64,000 bases of DNA from a virus: the IMG/VR virus record IMGVR_UViG_3300048919_000175, positions 1 through 64,000 of that record, one strand, 5' to 3'. Under the pieces are notes generated by a model that was not told the DNA's origin, searched no databases, and saw nothing but the letters and a program-made list of their open reading frames with translations. Made by a program: the position numbers and the translations under genes. This document shows, one piece after another, positions 9,346-19,358 of the stretch. Numbering within the stretch: the stretch's first letter is position 1; every line of letters begins with the position of its first letter.

Positions 9346-10863
9346 ATGGCTCAGGACATTCTTTCCAATGGCTTTGTCCGGCTCTGCATCGACCCGTCGC
9401 TGAACTTCTATGATGGCGCTTGCCGCGTACTCATCGTCGGTCAGGGCCTCGATACAGGCTCGAATGATTTCATTCCGGACAGCATTCAGCAGGTCAACAA
9501 CGAGCGCGATCTGGGCGACATGTTCGGTCGCGGCTCTGTGCTTTCTGAGGCGCTGCGCCGCGTACTATGCCAGTGCCCCAACAACGTTCAGCTGTTTGCC
9601 GTAGGTCTGGCAGACCCGTCCGGCGAGGACGACGTTGCGGCGGTCTACACTTCGACCATTACCGGCCCGGCAACCTCCGATGGTCGCTTCACGCTGTTCC
9701 TCGGCGAAGGCGACTACAATATCGATGTTTCGGTTAAGGCAGGCGACACCGCTGCCGCGATCGCAACGCGCGTTGCCGCCGCCGTCTCGCTCGACTTCCC
9801 CTACGTTGCAACAGCAGTCGGCGCTACTGTCGTCTGGACGGCTCGCAACGTTGGCGAAATCGGCAACTTCCTCAACCCGATCTACAATTGGTCGGGCCGT
9901 AGGAATTATGCGCCGGGCGGCGTCACCTTCACCACAGTCCGTACGACCGAAGGCGTCGGCGTGCCTGTCATGCCGAACCTCATCGATCTCGCTGGCGAAT
10001 GCTGCTATTCGTGCGTCGGCTATCTTGGCCCGGACACGGAAAATCAGGACATTCTGCAGGCGTATCTTGACGACGCTTGGGATTGCTCCAAGCCGCAGTG
10101 CTTCGGTCACGGCTACGTTTATAACGTCGGCACTTTGGGGCAGGTCCTCGCGACCGGCAACAATGCCGCCGTTCTCAGCCGACTGGCCTATGCGCTGAAC
10201 AGCTACGACCTCCCCTACCTGACGCTCGCAGCGTTCGTGGCGAAGTCGTGCTGCACCGCATGCAGCAATCCGGAGCTTTCGATCCAGGGTCCGGAAAACG
10301 GTCGCCTCGATTGCATTCGCATTCCGCAGTCGTGCACGTCGCCGTGGACTTTCGACGAACGCACGCAGCTTCAGGATGCTGGCTTCGTTACCTATGGTCC
10401 GTCCGGCTTCGGTACGGGCGCGATGACCAATCCGCAAATCTTCAACGACGTGACCAACTATCTCGTCGATGAGCTCGGCCGTCAGAACGTCACCTTCCGC
10501 GACGCATCCAGCCGCCGCCTCGCTGCCGCGACTGCTCTGTCCGTGGCTGAAAAGCTCAACACCTACAACGGTCTTGCCCTGTTCACCAAGAACACCAAGA
10601 TCAATCAGGGTGTCAAGGGCACCAACCCGCGCCTGATCCTCGCCGACCTTCGGGCGTGGGCGAAGGCAAATATCGGCATTCTGTTCTCTGAGTTCGAAAA
10701 TCTGGACCGTGATCTGACGGTCAAGACCGACTTCGAGGTCGCCGACCCCTGCCGTGGCAATCCCAATTGGCTTTGGGTCTTTCTTCAGTACATGCCTCCG
10801 AACCGCATTGGTCGTATCAACACCAATCTGGTCCCGAAGGTTCTGGACAACTGCAACCGGTAA
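9346..10863 (+). CDS. Contractile tail sheath protein (Mu gpL-like), Cys-rich
   Basis: 505 aa, VLIVGQ, FGRGSVL, TARNVGEIGN. Confidence 0.9.
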   Translation: MAQDILSNGFVRLCIDPSLNFYDGACRVLIVGQGLDTGSNDFIPDSIQQVNNERDLGDMFGRGSVLSEALRRVLCQCPNNVQLFAVGLADPSGEDDVAAVYTSTITGPATSDGRFTLFLGEGDYNIDVSVKAGDTAAAIATRVAAAVSLDFPYVATAVGATVVWTARNVGEIGNFLNPIYNWSGRRNYAPGGVTFTTVRTTEGVGVPVMPNLIDLAGECCYSCVGYLGPDTENQDILQAYLDDAWDCSKPQCFGHGYVYNVGTLGQVLATGNNAAVLSRLAYALNSYDLPYLTLAAFVAKSCCTACSNPELSIQGPENGRLDCIRIPQSCTSPWTFDERTQLQDAGFVTYGPSGFGTGAMTNPQIFNDVTNYLVDELGRQNVTFRDASSRRLAAATALSVAEKLNTYNGLALFTKNTKINQGVKGTNPRLILADLRAWAKANIGILFSEFENLDRDLTVKTDFEVADPCRGNPNWLWVFLQYMPPNRIGRINTNLVPKVLDNCNR

Positions 10864-10875
10864 AGGGGACCCGCC

Positions 10876-11283
10876 ATGTCTTGCGATAACATTATTGGCG
10901 TAAAGAACATCCTGATGACGTTCCGCGATTGCGATACGGACCAAGTCGTCGGCCCGTATTCGCATGAGCTCGCCAACGAAGACCTTCCGACCTGGAAGCT
11001 TTGCCCGTTCACGAACGAAGTGCTTTCGCACGGCTATGTTCGCCGCCAGACGGCCAATGCTACAGTTCAGATGAACGTAATCCGTGACCTGCGCGTTCCG
11101 CTCGCATGGTATCAGGGCTGCGCTCAGGTCGACATTCAGGTTGAATACCTGAACGGTCTGGTCTACACCGGCAACGGTGGCACCGCCACGGGCGACGATC
11201 AGTCCGACACGCATCAGGTCACGCTGAACCTCAGCTACCGCCTCCTCGACGAACTGCTCCCGGCCGAGCAGCTCGCCGCCTAA
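10876..11283 (+). CDS. Tail tube protein
   Basis: 135 aa directly after the sheath gene. Confidence 0.85.
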   Translation: MSCDNIIGVKNILMTFRDCDTDQVVGPYSHELANEDLPTWKLCPFTNEVLSHGYVRRQTANATVQMNVIRDLRVPLAWYQGCAQVDIQVEYLNGLVYTGNGGTATGDDQSDTHQVTLNLSYRLLDELLPAEQLAA

Positions 11284-11398
11284 GAGCTGGGAACCGGTCG
11301 TTCTCTGGCGGGGAGCGAAGCGGTTCTTCTCATGAGCGTGCAGTCCCGTGCCGAGACTGCACGCTCATTTGTCTACTCGGCACACAATCGGCACAGGA
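11284..11398 (+). promoter_or_regulatory. Structured intergenic RNA element (hairpin plus pseudoknot) at the tail-chaperone RBS
   Basis: Perfect 14-bp stem 11332-45/11355-68. Loop GTGCCGA is complementary to TCGGCAC at both 11377-83 and 11388-94. Confidence 0.6.
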
Positions 11399-11404
11399 AT
11401 TATC

Positions 11405-12031
11405 ATGGAAAAGATCAACATCGACCTCGTTCCAATCGTCATGGGCGGAAAGTCCATCAAGGAATTGCAGGTATCACCGCTCAACCTTGCTGGCTTCGTC
11501 GAAGTCGCCGACGCGACCAACGACCTTGGGGTCAAGGGAAATACCAAGTGGCAGGTTATGAACCGCCGCATGCGTATCAAGAAACAGGTCAAGGCCATTG
11601 CGGAAGATGGCTCGACGGTCGCATTTGACGACCTAGCCATCACGCAAATCCCGACCGCCTATGCTGTCAAGCTGACGAGCGCCCTCGCCGTCGGGCAGGG
11701 CGAGCAGGGCAAGATCATCAGCAATGGTGATGGCGTGACGTCCCCAATCCTCGTCGAGTTGGGAACACCGATCAAGTTCGTTCAGGGCGGCGCTGGCGAA
11801 GAAATCAAGGAGCTTGAGTTCCTTGCCTCCACCTTCGGCGATATCGAAGAAGTGCTGGCGGAAACGATCTCGCTTCAGCAGGCACTCGCTCTCATCAGGA
11901 CGGTCGCCAAGCCCGTCGGCACAAACCTTCAGGTGCTTCCTTCGTGGGCGGTCGAACAGATCACCATGGCTGATGGCATGCTGATAGTCGACAAGGTGCT
12001 GCCTCGTTTTTTAGGGGAGGAGGAAAAGTAG
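11405..12031 (+). CDS. Tail assembly chaperone (gpG-like)
   Basis: Lies between tube and tape measure, AGGA RBS, slippery site near its 3' end. Confidence 0.8.
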   Translation: MEKINIDLVPIVMGGKSIKELQVSPLNLAGFVEVADATNDLGVKGNTKWQVMNRRMRIKKQVKAIAEDGSTVAFDDLAITQIPTAYAVKLTSALAVGQGEQGKIISNGDGVTSPILVELGTPIKFVQGGAGEEIKELEFLASTFGDIEEVLAETISLQQALALIRTVAKPVGTNLQVLPSWAVEQITMADGMLIVDKVLPRFLGEEEK

Positions 12032-12189
12032 TCAAGGCCGTAGAGGAATATCGGTTCTATTCCTCTATAACTGACGACCTTTCCACCGTCACCATAAAGA
12101 AGCTGGCGCTGCGCTTACGACATTTTCACGAGATAAACGCTCGTGAGATTAAGTTCCGAGCAGCGCTGGTCGGCGCTAAGTTGAAGTGA
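12007..12189 (+). other. Programmed -1 frameshift site and gpGT-like extension
   Basis: In-frame T TTT TTA heptamer at 12007-13. The -1 frame stays open to TGA at 12187-89, just before the tape measure start. Confidence 0.75.
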
Positions 12190-12196
12190 GGCTTCC

Positions 12197-14677
12197 TTGG
12201 TCGATTACGTAGAAAAGGCGACACTGCAACTTGTTGACCAGACCTCTGGCAAAGTCAACAAGATCAATGCCGCATTGCGTAGTCTGCGCAAGGAAGCCAC
12301 TGCAACGCAGAAGGCGCTTGCCGGACTTGGCAAAGGCGCTAGCCCGGCAAACCTGAACAAGACGGCAGCGGCGCTCAACAACATCGCCAAAGCCTCGAAG
12401 AAAATCCCGAAGCGCATTACCACGAACATTGAAGTCAAGGGCGCGAAGTCCAGCGACATCAAGAAGATGGCTGATGCGCTCGGCCAGTTCAAGAAGGCCA
12501 ATAAGGGCCTGACCGGACTGCTCGGCAGTCAGGGCAAAACACCGAATTTCGCTGGGCTTGACACACTGGTCTCCAAGCTGGTGCGGGTTGCGCGTGCGGC
12601 CAATCTCGCACAGATGGCGCTCGCCAAGGTCAAGAATAATATTCCGACAAACGCTGGTCAGGGCGGCGGGCGTGGCGGCGGTAGGACCAGAAACCCCGGT
12701 CAGAGCCTTAATCCTCCGACGCCTCGCAATATTGGCCTCTCGATCCAGCCGCTGAAGTCGTTCTTGCGCTCGTGGCTCGTCGATATGGGCCACACGATCG
12801 TTAATTCGATCAAGCAGGGCTTCGCTGAAGGTATCAAGGGCTTCGACGTAGCCTCGAACAAATTCCAGCAGCAGCGGTTCACGCCTGAACAGCAAGCCGA
12901 ACTGGCTGCAAGGGCGCGCACAAATTCGCAGGCAAATCCACTGATCAGATATGATCAGCGTATGGACCTTTACGCCGAAGTTGCTTCCAACTTTAAAGAC
13001 CCTCTAGACGCAACGCGCCTTGATCCTAGTCTTGACCGCGCAGTCAAAGTTTCGGTTCAGCAAGGCCAGTCGGCAGCGGAAGCGATCACTGGCGTCGCCA
13101 CGTTCATTCGCGGCTTGGGTCAGGCTGGATATCTACAGGACAGCAAGGGGAACTTTGACCCCAACGTAATCAAGTACATTGACGCTTTCACTTCCGCAAA
13201 GGTGTCGGAAGGCGCACAGATCAATTTCAATGACGCCTTCCAGTTGCTCAAGAACTCCAAGACCTCCGGTCAGTCGTTGACGCCGGAAGGCTTCTTCATG
13301 CAGCTCCTTGCCGCTGCTGACGTCGGGGCCTCTACCCAAGGCGTTCAGCTCAATATGGCAACGAAGACCTTTGCCGGTGAGACCACCAAGAAGGCGATCC
13401 AGGCTCAGGAAGACGCCGGCCTGCGCGAGAAGGGGCGGCTAGTCAAGTCCGGCGCGGTCGGCAAGAAAACGACTTATAGCTATGAAGCGGGCGCGCTGAA
13501 GGACGAGGAACTCTTCCGAGAAAATCCTGCAGACTGGATCAGGAAATACATCCTCGGCAAGGGCGGCTTTCTTGACCAGAAAGGTGTTAACGGTTCTAAC
13601 GCTGCTGCTGTGATCTCGGCCCTCGATCCGCTTTCAGGCAACCGCAACTCCGATGACTTCCTTGCTAAGGCGGTCTTGCAGTTCCAGGAAGCGCTGATCA
13701 AGAATGAAAAGTATTTCCAAAATCCGATAACGGACAAGGAACTGAACAACATCGACCTCACGTCGTCTTGGGTGCAGCTCCAAGAGACGACTAACCAGTT
13801 GGTCGGCCTCTTTGGCCTCCTTGGGGACAAGCTCGAAGGTCTTTTTATTCCTGTAATCGACAAGATCGGTGCGGCAGCAGATTACCTTACGGGCATAATC
13901 GATGGTCGCTCCAAAGGGCAGATGCAGGACTACGCCCTCCTTGGTGCGGCCACGGCTGGCGCTGGCGTCGTTGGATATGGCGCGACCAAAGGTTTGCAAG
14001 CCCTTTGGGGCTTTGGCCTTCCCGCCGCCGCATCTTCTCTTCAGCTCGCAGCGACGATGTTGCAGGGAGCCGCAACGAAGCTTGGCTTTGGCAGTGCAGC
14101 CGGAACCGTGGCGGCTGGCGGCGGTGCAGCGGCGGCAGCGACGACGGCTGGTGGCGCGGCAGCGGTAGGCTGGAGTACAGTTCTTAGATATGCCGGTCTC
14201 GGCTTCTTGGCTTCGCAGACGCTCGGCCTTGGCAGCGTTAGGCACGACCCCGCCGTTGCCAAGATGTTTGAGGAACAGCAGAAATATTATCGGGAACAAA
14301 ATGCCGCGAAAGAAGCCAATAGGCGGGACCCCAATAGTCTGTCTGGAAGGATAGATGCGCAAATTGCCGATCAAGCGATGCGCGATCGCAAAGACGCAGA
14401 TCAGTCCGTAATAAACCTGCAATCCAGTTTTCAGGATGGTGCTACTCAGCTACAATCGGCATTTGAAACAGGCACCGGAACATTGGTCGGCGGCGCTGTT
14501 CAGTTCGGCTCAGAAGCTGGCGCTAGCATCCTCGGCGTGGCTTCTCAGTTTGGCTCGGCGGCAGGTGCAGCGATGCGCGCGGCCATCGGCCAACTTAACC
14601 TGAACGTGAACGGTCCAGCGGCAGCTCCGGCAGCGCCGAACACCGGGACTAACACGAACATTCAGAGTGGTGGCTAA
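12197..14677 (+). CDS. Tape measure protein
   Basis: 826 aa, Ala/Gly-rich and helical with hydrophobic segments, expected position. Confidence 0.88.
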   Translation: MVDYVEKATLQLVDQTSGKVNKINAALRSLRKEATATQKALAGLGKGASPANLNKTAAALNNIAKASKKIPKRITTNIEVKGAKSSDIKKMADALGQFKKANKGLTGLLGSQGKTPNFAGLDTLVSKLVRVARAANLAQMALAKVKNNIPTNAGQGGGRGGGRTRNPGQSLNPPTPRNIGLSIQPLKSFLRSWLVDMGHTIVNSIKQGFAEGIKGFDVASNKFQQQRFTPEQQAELAARARTNSQANPLIRYDQRMDLYAEVASNFKDPLDATRLDPSLDRAVKVSVQQGQSAAEAITGVATFIRGLGQAGYLQDSKGNFDPNVIKYIDAFTSAKVSEGAQINFNDAFQLLKNSKTSGQSLTPEGFFMQLLAAADVGASTQGVQLNMATKTFAGETTKKAIQAQEDAGLREKGRLVKSGAVGKKTTYSYEAGALKDEELFRENPADWIRKYILGKGGFLDQKGVNGSNAAAVISALDPLSGNRNSDDFLAKAVLQFQEALIKNEKYFQNPITDKELNNIDLTSSWVQLQETTNQLVGLFGLLGDKLEGLFIPVIDKIGAAADYLTGIIDGRSKGQMQDYALLGAATAGAGVVGYGATKGLQALWGFGLPAAASSLQLAATMLQGAATKLGFGSAAGTVAAGGGAAAAATTAGGAAAVGWSTVLRYAGLGFLASQTLGLGSVRHDPAVAKMFEEQQKYYREQNAAKEANRRDPNSLSGRIDAQIADQAMRDRKDADQSVINLQSSFQDGATQLQSAFETGTGTLVGGAVQFGSEAGASILGVASQFGSAAGAAMRAAIGQLNLNVNGPAAAPAAPNTGTNTNIQSGG

Positions 14678-15864
14678 TGGCCGAAGCCTGTTACAAAGAC
14701 CCTTATCTTCCGGCCAGCTATAAGGGCGTCCCGTTCGAAGCGCTGGAAGTCAATAGCCAGCACGGGCGGCGCGGCGCTGAGGGCGAGTTCCCGTTTGGCG
14801 AGGAGACTGCTTATGCTGATATGGGCAGATCAATACGTACTTATTCTATTAGCGGTCGTTTTGCTACTAACGATCATGTTCTCCGTGCGGCAGCTCTGAT
14901 CGCAGTTGTGGAGCTGCCCGGACCGGGTCCGCTTGTGCATCCTACGCGCGGCGTGATCATGGCGGCATGCAAGCAGCTCCGCGTGCGCGACAATCCCACC
15001 GAGGAGCAGGGCGTCACTTATTTCGACATGGACATGGTCGAGGCAAACGTCTGGCCTAACGGTTTGAGCCTAGTCGGCTTCGTCTTGGGGCTCGCACTCG
15101 CTCCGCTTATCGAGGGACTAAATGACAGTTTCGATGAACAGTATCATCCGGAAGAGGCTACGTTCTATGACCGTGGCGCTGTCCTTGGGACTGCATCAAC
15201 CTCCGTTAATTCGATTTACACCGGCTATGTCCAAGCCGCCAAGAACGAGAATAACATCAAGGTTTATCGGTCATTCGCGGCGTTCCAGACCCTTTCTTCT
15301 GATCCTGGACTACTCGCGAAACCGAACACAATGAAGCAAGCCATGTCTGACGGGATGGCACTCATTGACAAGTATGGTACGAGCGTTCAGAAGCAGCAGC
15401 TATTCCGGGAAATTATCAACCAGAATGGCGGCTCCATCTTGGTTGGACGTACCGGCAGAGCCTCCGTTAACGCAGTGCAGAGCTACACTCGCCTGCTTGC
15501 GGCTGGCTACATGGCCAAGGCATTCCTTGAAGTCACGCCAGCCGACATGAACGAAGCCTTCACGCAATATGATCGCGTCGTCGCCGTGTTTGAGGAAGAA
15601 CTGAAGATCATTAACGAGGCATGCGACAGCAAGTTGTATGTCCGCCTTTCCCGGTTCTTTGAGGACCTGAAAGGCAAGTTGCTAAATCGCGCCTACAACT
15701 CGCCGCCGCTGATCGCATTTCAGTTTGGCTCGGCAGTACCGTCAGTCGTCGCTGCGTACGAAATCTATACGGACGCCACACAGTTCCTCGATCTTGAGAA
15801 GAAGAACCCGTATGGCTTCCCGTGGATGATCGGACCAACCGTAATTGGAGCGCGACCGAATTGA
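14677..15864 (+). CDS. Mu-like DNA circularisation / tail-tube initiator protein
   Basis: ASYKGVPF, EFPF.E..Y.DMGR, GPLVHP motifs. Confidence 0.85.
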   Translation: MAEACYKDPYLPASYKGVPFEALEVNSQHGRRGAEGEFPFGEETAYADMGRSIRTYSISGRFATNDHVLRAAALIAVVELPGPGPLVHPTRGVIMAACKQLRVRDNPTEEQGVTYFDMDMVEANVWPNGLSLVGFVLGLALAPLIEGLNDSFDEQYHPEEATFYDRGAVLGTASTSVNSIYTGYVQAAKNENNIKVYRSFAAFQTLSSDPGLLAKPNTMKQAMSDGMALIDKYGTSVQKQQLFREIINQNGGSILVGRTGRASVNAVQSYTRLLAAGYMAKAFLEVTPADMNEAFTQYDRVVAVFEEELKIINEACDSKLYVRLSRFFEDLKGKLLNRAYNSPPLIAFQFGSAVPSVVAAYEIYTDATQFLDLEKKNPYGFPWMIGPTVIGARPN

Positions 15865-17096
15865 AGCCGGTAGTGATCTTAATTGACGGACAGGAGCTGA
15901 CCCAATACACGGGCATGAAATTGTCGCGCCAGAAGAAAGATCTCACCGGTTCTTTCAGCGCTGAAGTATTCTTCAACTACATGCCCTCCAAGCCGGTCCT
16001 CGTCAACGCGATGCGCAGCAAGCCAGTGACCGTCTATATCGGCGGGCAGCTCGCTTTCTTTGGGTCGATGGACCGCCGCAAAGGCAAAAGCGAGACCAAG
16101 GAAGACAGCCTAACAGAAGTCACCTCTTCGATAGAGCCGAATGCATATTCGGTATCGTTGAGCGCTCGCGGTCGGACCAAGGTCCTGATCGACAGTTCGC
16201 ATCAGCACAAAACCGGGACCATCCTTCAGCCTTCCACTCGGCAGGCAGTGGAGGCCCTCACCAAGGATTTCAAGGTCGAGCTGGACTGGCAGTCAGATGA
16301 CGTCAAGCTCGAACGAGTTTGCTTCAGAGATGGCTGCAATGTTCTATACGAGCTTCAACGCCTTGGCAACGAAAACGGTCACTACTTCTATGAAACGCGG
16401 GATGGCAAGCTCCGCTTTCAGGACGCCCCGGCCGAGTTCGGCGACGATCTTATTCTTGGCAAGAATGTTCTCTCGTTCTCAGCGGACCAGTCCGACGATC
16501 ACGACAAGTCGCGCATTGTGGTTAAAGGTCAGCGCACTAAGCGGACTGTTTGGGGCGAAGAAGCCGCGCTGAATGTCCTCAAGTCAGCCAAGAAAAATAA
16601 GGACGGCGACGATACTCCGTACATCGTCCAGCACTACGGAGACGCCACTCCGGAAGCGCTCGATCGTCGCGTACAGTTCGAGGCTGACAAGCGCAATGCG
16701 CAGTCGCTCCAGTGCACTGTCGAAGTGTTCCATGTCATGACGCCATCGGGCGATCCGTGGGATATCGGCAAGCTTCATTACGTTGAAATTCCGCCGGAAG
16801 GTATCTTCAATGTCCTGGAGTGCATCGCCCTGGACTATACCGTTGACGCCCAAGGCACACTGAAAACAACATTGACGCTAGCGCCGCCTCCGCAGAAGAA
16901 GGATGCAGCCCCGAGCGAGAAGGCTGGTATCGGGAAGCAACGGAAGGCCCAACTTGGGGTCAATTCTCCGGACATCTGGCAACCTTCTGATCTCGACTTC
17001 TCGCCTAGCTTCTCTGAAGCGCCCGTGGTACAACAGCCTGACTTCCTTGGTGGCATTCAGATTAACCAGCCGCCGCTCAAACTTCCATCAACCTAG
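15861..17096 (+). CDS. Baseplate hub protein (Mu gp44/gpP-like)
   Basis: Size, position and LILGKNVLS....IVVKGQ motif. Confidence 0.8.
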   Translation: MKPVVILIDGQELTQYTGMKLSRQKKDLTGSFSAEVFFNYMPSKPVLVNAMRSKPVTVYIGGQLAFFGSMDRRKGKSETKEDSLTEVTSSIEPNAYSVSLSARGRTKVLIDSSHQHKTGTILQPSTRQAVEALTKDFKVELDWQSDDVKLERVCFRDGCNVLYELQRLGNENGHYFYETRDGKLRFQDAPAEFGDDLILGKNVLSFSADQSDDHDKSRIVVKGQRTKRTVWGEEAALNVLKSAKKNKDGDDTPYIVQHYGDATPEALDRRVQFEADKRNAQSLQCTVEVFHVMTPSGDPWDIGKLHYVEIPPEGIFNVLECIALDYTVDAQGTLKTTLTLAPPPQKKDAAPSEKAGIGKQRKAQLGVNSPDIWQPSDLDFSPSFSEAPVVQQPDFLGGIQINQPPLKLPST

Positions 17097-17107
17097 AGGG
17101 AACCGCC

Positions 17108-17620
17108 ATGACCTCCTTTGAAAGTTTTCCTACCAGAAACCGCGACGCACAGGACGGCGTCGAACGCCACGTCTTCGGAGAGATATTTTTCGACAAAGAC
17201 AATGGCGCATACCTGACGGTGCGCGGCAACGGCACGGAAGACGAGGAAGTACCGGTAATTAATATCGGCATTGGTCAAGCGTTCAAGAAGAATACCAACA
17301 CCGAAGTTCTGCTATTTGCTTCTGGCTCGGATACGGGCCTTAAGTTCGGATTGATCACGATCCCAAGGAACAAACAGCGGCAGTGGAAGGAAGGAGCCAG
17401 CGGTGTCCAGAATGCTGAAGACCCGGAGAAAGCTCTTGAGTTCAACCAGAAACGCGCGTGGATTACCGATAATCTCGCAGTCCTTGCGGGCATGCTTGAA
17501 GTCAAGGACGGGGAAGTCTTCATCAGAGGAACCCTCAAGGCTCAGCAGGTCGAAGCCGGAAATTTCGTAGGGCCGATCCCCTCGGGGTCCATGTCCCCCA
17601 TACCGCCGTTCGAGGAATAA
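17108..17620 (+). CDS. Baseplate central spike (Mu gp45-like)
   Basis: 170 aa after the hub gene, beta-rich. Confidence 0.65.
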   Translation: MTSFESFPTRNRDAQDGVERHVFGEIFFDKDNGAYLTVRGNGTEDEEVPVINIGIGQAFKKNTNTEVLLFASGSDTGLKFGLITIPRNKQRQWKEGASGVQNAEDPEKALEFNQKRAWITDNLAVLAGMLEVKDGEVFIRGTLKAQQVEAGNFVGPIPSGSMSPIPPFEE

Positions 17621-17621
17621 T

Positions 17622-18161
17622 ATGGCCGAGTGCGTCATCCCAATCGAAGGCCGTCGCCGCATCTTCTGGACGACCCAGATCGATGCTTGCGGCGTCAAAC
17701 AAGAATGCCAGTCCGATTGCGGCTCCTCTGGCCTCAAGCTGCTATCCAAGCCGGGCGGTCGTACGTTCGCCAACAACAATTTCGTGACCGGCCTCGCACT
17801 GAATATCCTACTGACCAAAGGTCGCAAGGCAGACAGCTTTTGTGGCTTCCGTCCGGGTGCGCGCGGCGGGCATTGGGCCGACACTTTCCGGGACGACAAC
17901 CAGACCTCCGGCTCTGCCCTTTGGGATTTGCCGACGCAGTATTCCGTAGCCGAAAGCATCAAGCTTGTTAAGGCATTGATGCAATCTGCGCTGCAGAAAC
18001 TCGTGGTCTATGGCGTTGCTCTGAGTGTCGAAGTTACTGTAACATACGCTGGCGGCAACACCTTTAACGCTGTCGTTGACATTCAAGGTAGCGACGGAAA
18101 TAACTCGCGCGTCGGCATTACCGGCAGTCGCTTGGAAAATTCCTGGGTCTGGAGATCGTAA
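17622..18161 (+). CDS. Baseplate protein (Mu gp46-like)
   Basis: RGGHWAD...GSALW motif. Confidence 0.8.
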   Translation: MAECVIPIEGRRRIFWTTQIDACGVKQECQSDCGSSGLKLLSKPGGRTFANNNFVTGLALNILLTKGRKADSFCGFRPGARGGHWADTFRDDNQTSGSALWDLPTQYSVAESIKLVKALMQSALQKLVVYGVALSVEVTVTYAGGNTFNAVVDIQGSDGNNSRVGITGSRLENSWVWRS

Positions 18162-18164
18162 TAC

Positions 18165-19358
18165 ATGGCATGTTTGATCGAGCGGCCAGACCCGCGCACG
18201 CTGTTTGAGAGCCTCAAGACGATGTTCTCTACGAACGTGCTTGGCGGCGCGAACGTGATCCCTGAAAGCAACGAATGGTACGTCGTCTCGAACGACTATG
18301 CCACTGCCGAGCAGTTCTTTTCGATCGGCGAGCAGCAATGGAAAGAGCGCGATCCGCGCTACGCATGCTGCGACAATCTCATTGACATGGCGGCTATTGA
18401 CGGCGTCTACCCGCGCCCGGCCATGTTCGCAGAAGGTTATATCCAGATTACGGGTGCGCCGCTATCTTCTCTGGCCAGCTCCATCGAAGCTACCATCGGC
18501 GGCAACGCCTATATCTCAATCGGCTCAGTCCCTGCCTCGCTGGATACCAGCGGCAATGCTGTGCTGCGCATGCGCGCGCTAGAGCCGGGTCCAGACAGCA
18601 ACCTTAAGGCCGGAACGACAACTGGCACGCTCACCACGCAAATGACAGGCGTCAATAGCACGGTGACAGTGTACGGCGGTCAGTTTTGCGGCGGTGCAAT
18701 CGCGGAAGAATGCGAACCGTTCCGCATCCGCTATCTGGAACGTCTGCGCTACAAGCCAAAGAAAGACCTCGCTTGGGTCAAGGAAAAACTCCTGGAATGG
18801 CCATGCGTGACTTCCGTGTGCGAACGTGCCGGTTCGTGCTGCTATCCGGAAGATGTCAAGGATTGGGAAACCGGCATCGACTGCAACCGCCCGATCAGGC
18901 TCTACGCGATGTTCGACAGCACGTTCCCGTGCGGTGCGGCTCCGCAGAACATCATCGACGACATTGACGAATGGATGTTCGGACTTATCCAAGGTATCGG
19001 CCAAGGCGAAGCCCCAATTGGGGTCGTCGGCAAAATCTATTCGTTCAAGGGCGCTTATGTCAATATCAAACTAGACGGTCTGGTCTGCACGACCCCGGCC
19101 ATCGCGAATGAAATCAGGGAGCGCCTGACCGAATACGTCGCTCGGATTTGCCCGTCGCAGACCTTGCTCATGCAGGACCTGAAGGCCATTGTCGCGCAGC
19201 TGATGCTCGGCACTGGCAACTTCGAAGTCGTCATCGAGAAAGCTGATCCGAACTACGAACACATCATGATCAACTATTGCGGCGATGCGGAGCCGGATTG
19301 CGACTATCGCATCTGCCTGAATACGATCGAGTTCGTAAACCCTGAAGGCGGCGTATGA
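18165..19358 (+). CDS. Baseplate wedge protein J-like (Mu gp47)
   Basis: DRLIDMA-like region (DNLIDMA), RPA..AEG, GGA..E.CE.FR.RYL. Confidence 0.85.
   Translation: MACLIERPDPRTLFESLKTMFSTNVLGGANVIPESNEWYVVSNDYATAEQFFSIGEQQWKERDPRYACCDNLIDMAAIDGVYPRPAMFAEGYIQITGAPLSSLASSIEATIGGNAYISIGSVPASLDTSGNAVLRMRALEPGPDSNLKAGTTTGTLTTQMTGVNSTVTVYGGQFCGGAIAEECEPFRIRYLERLRYKPKKDLAWVKEKLLEWPCVTSVCERAGSCCYPEDVKDWETGIDCNRPIRLYAMFDSTFPCGAAPQNIIDDIDEWMFGLIQGIGQGEAPIGVVGKIYSFKGAYVNIKLDGLVCTTPAIANEIRERLTEYVARICPSQTLLMQDLKAIVAQLMLGTGNFEVVIEKADPNYEHIMINYCGDAEPDCDYRICLNTIEFVNPEGGV

Noticed and set aside
9565-11214. Long antisense ORFs (549 aa here; also 3812-4735 and 21355-22554)
   Set aside because: Shadows of strongly codon-biased structural genes on the opposite strand, with no RBS or domain features.
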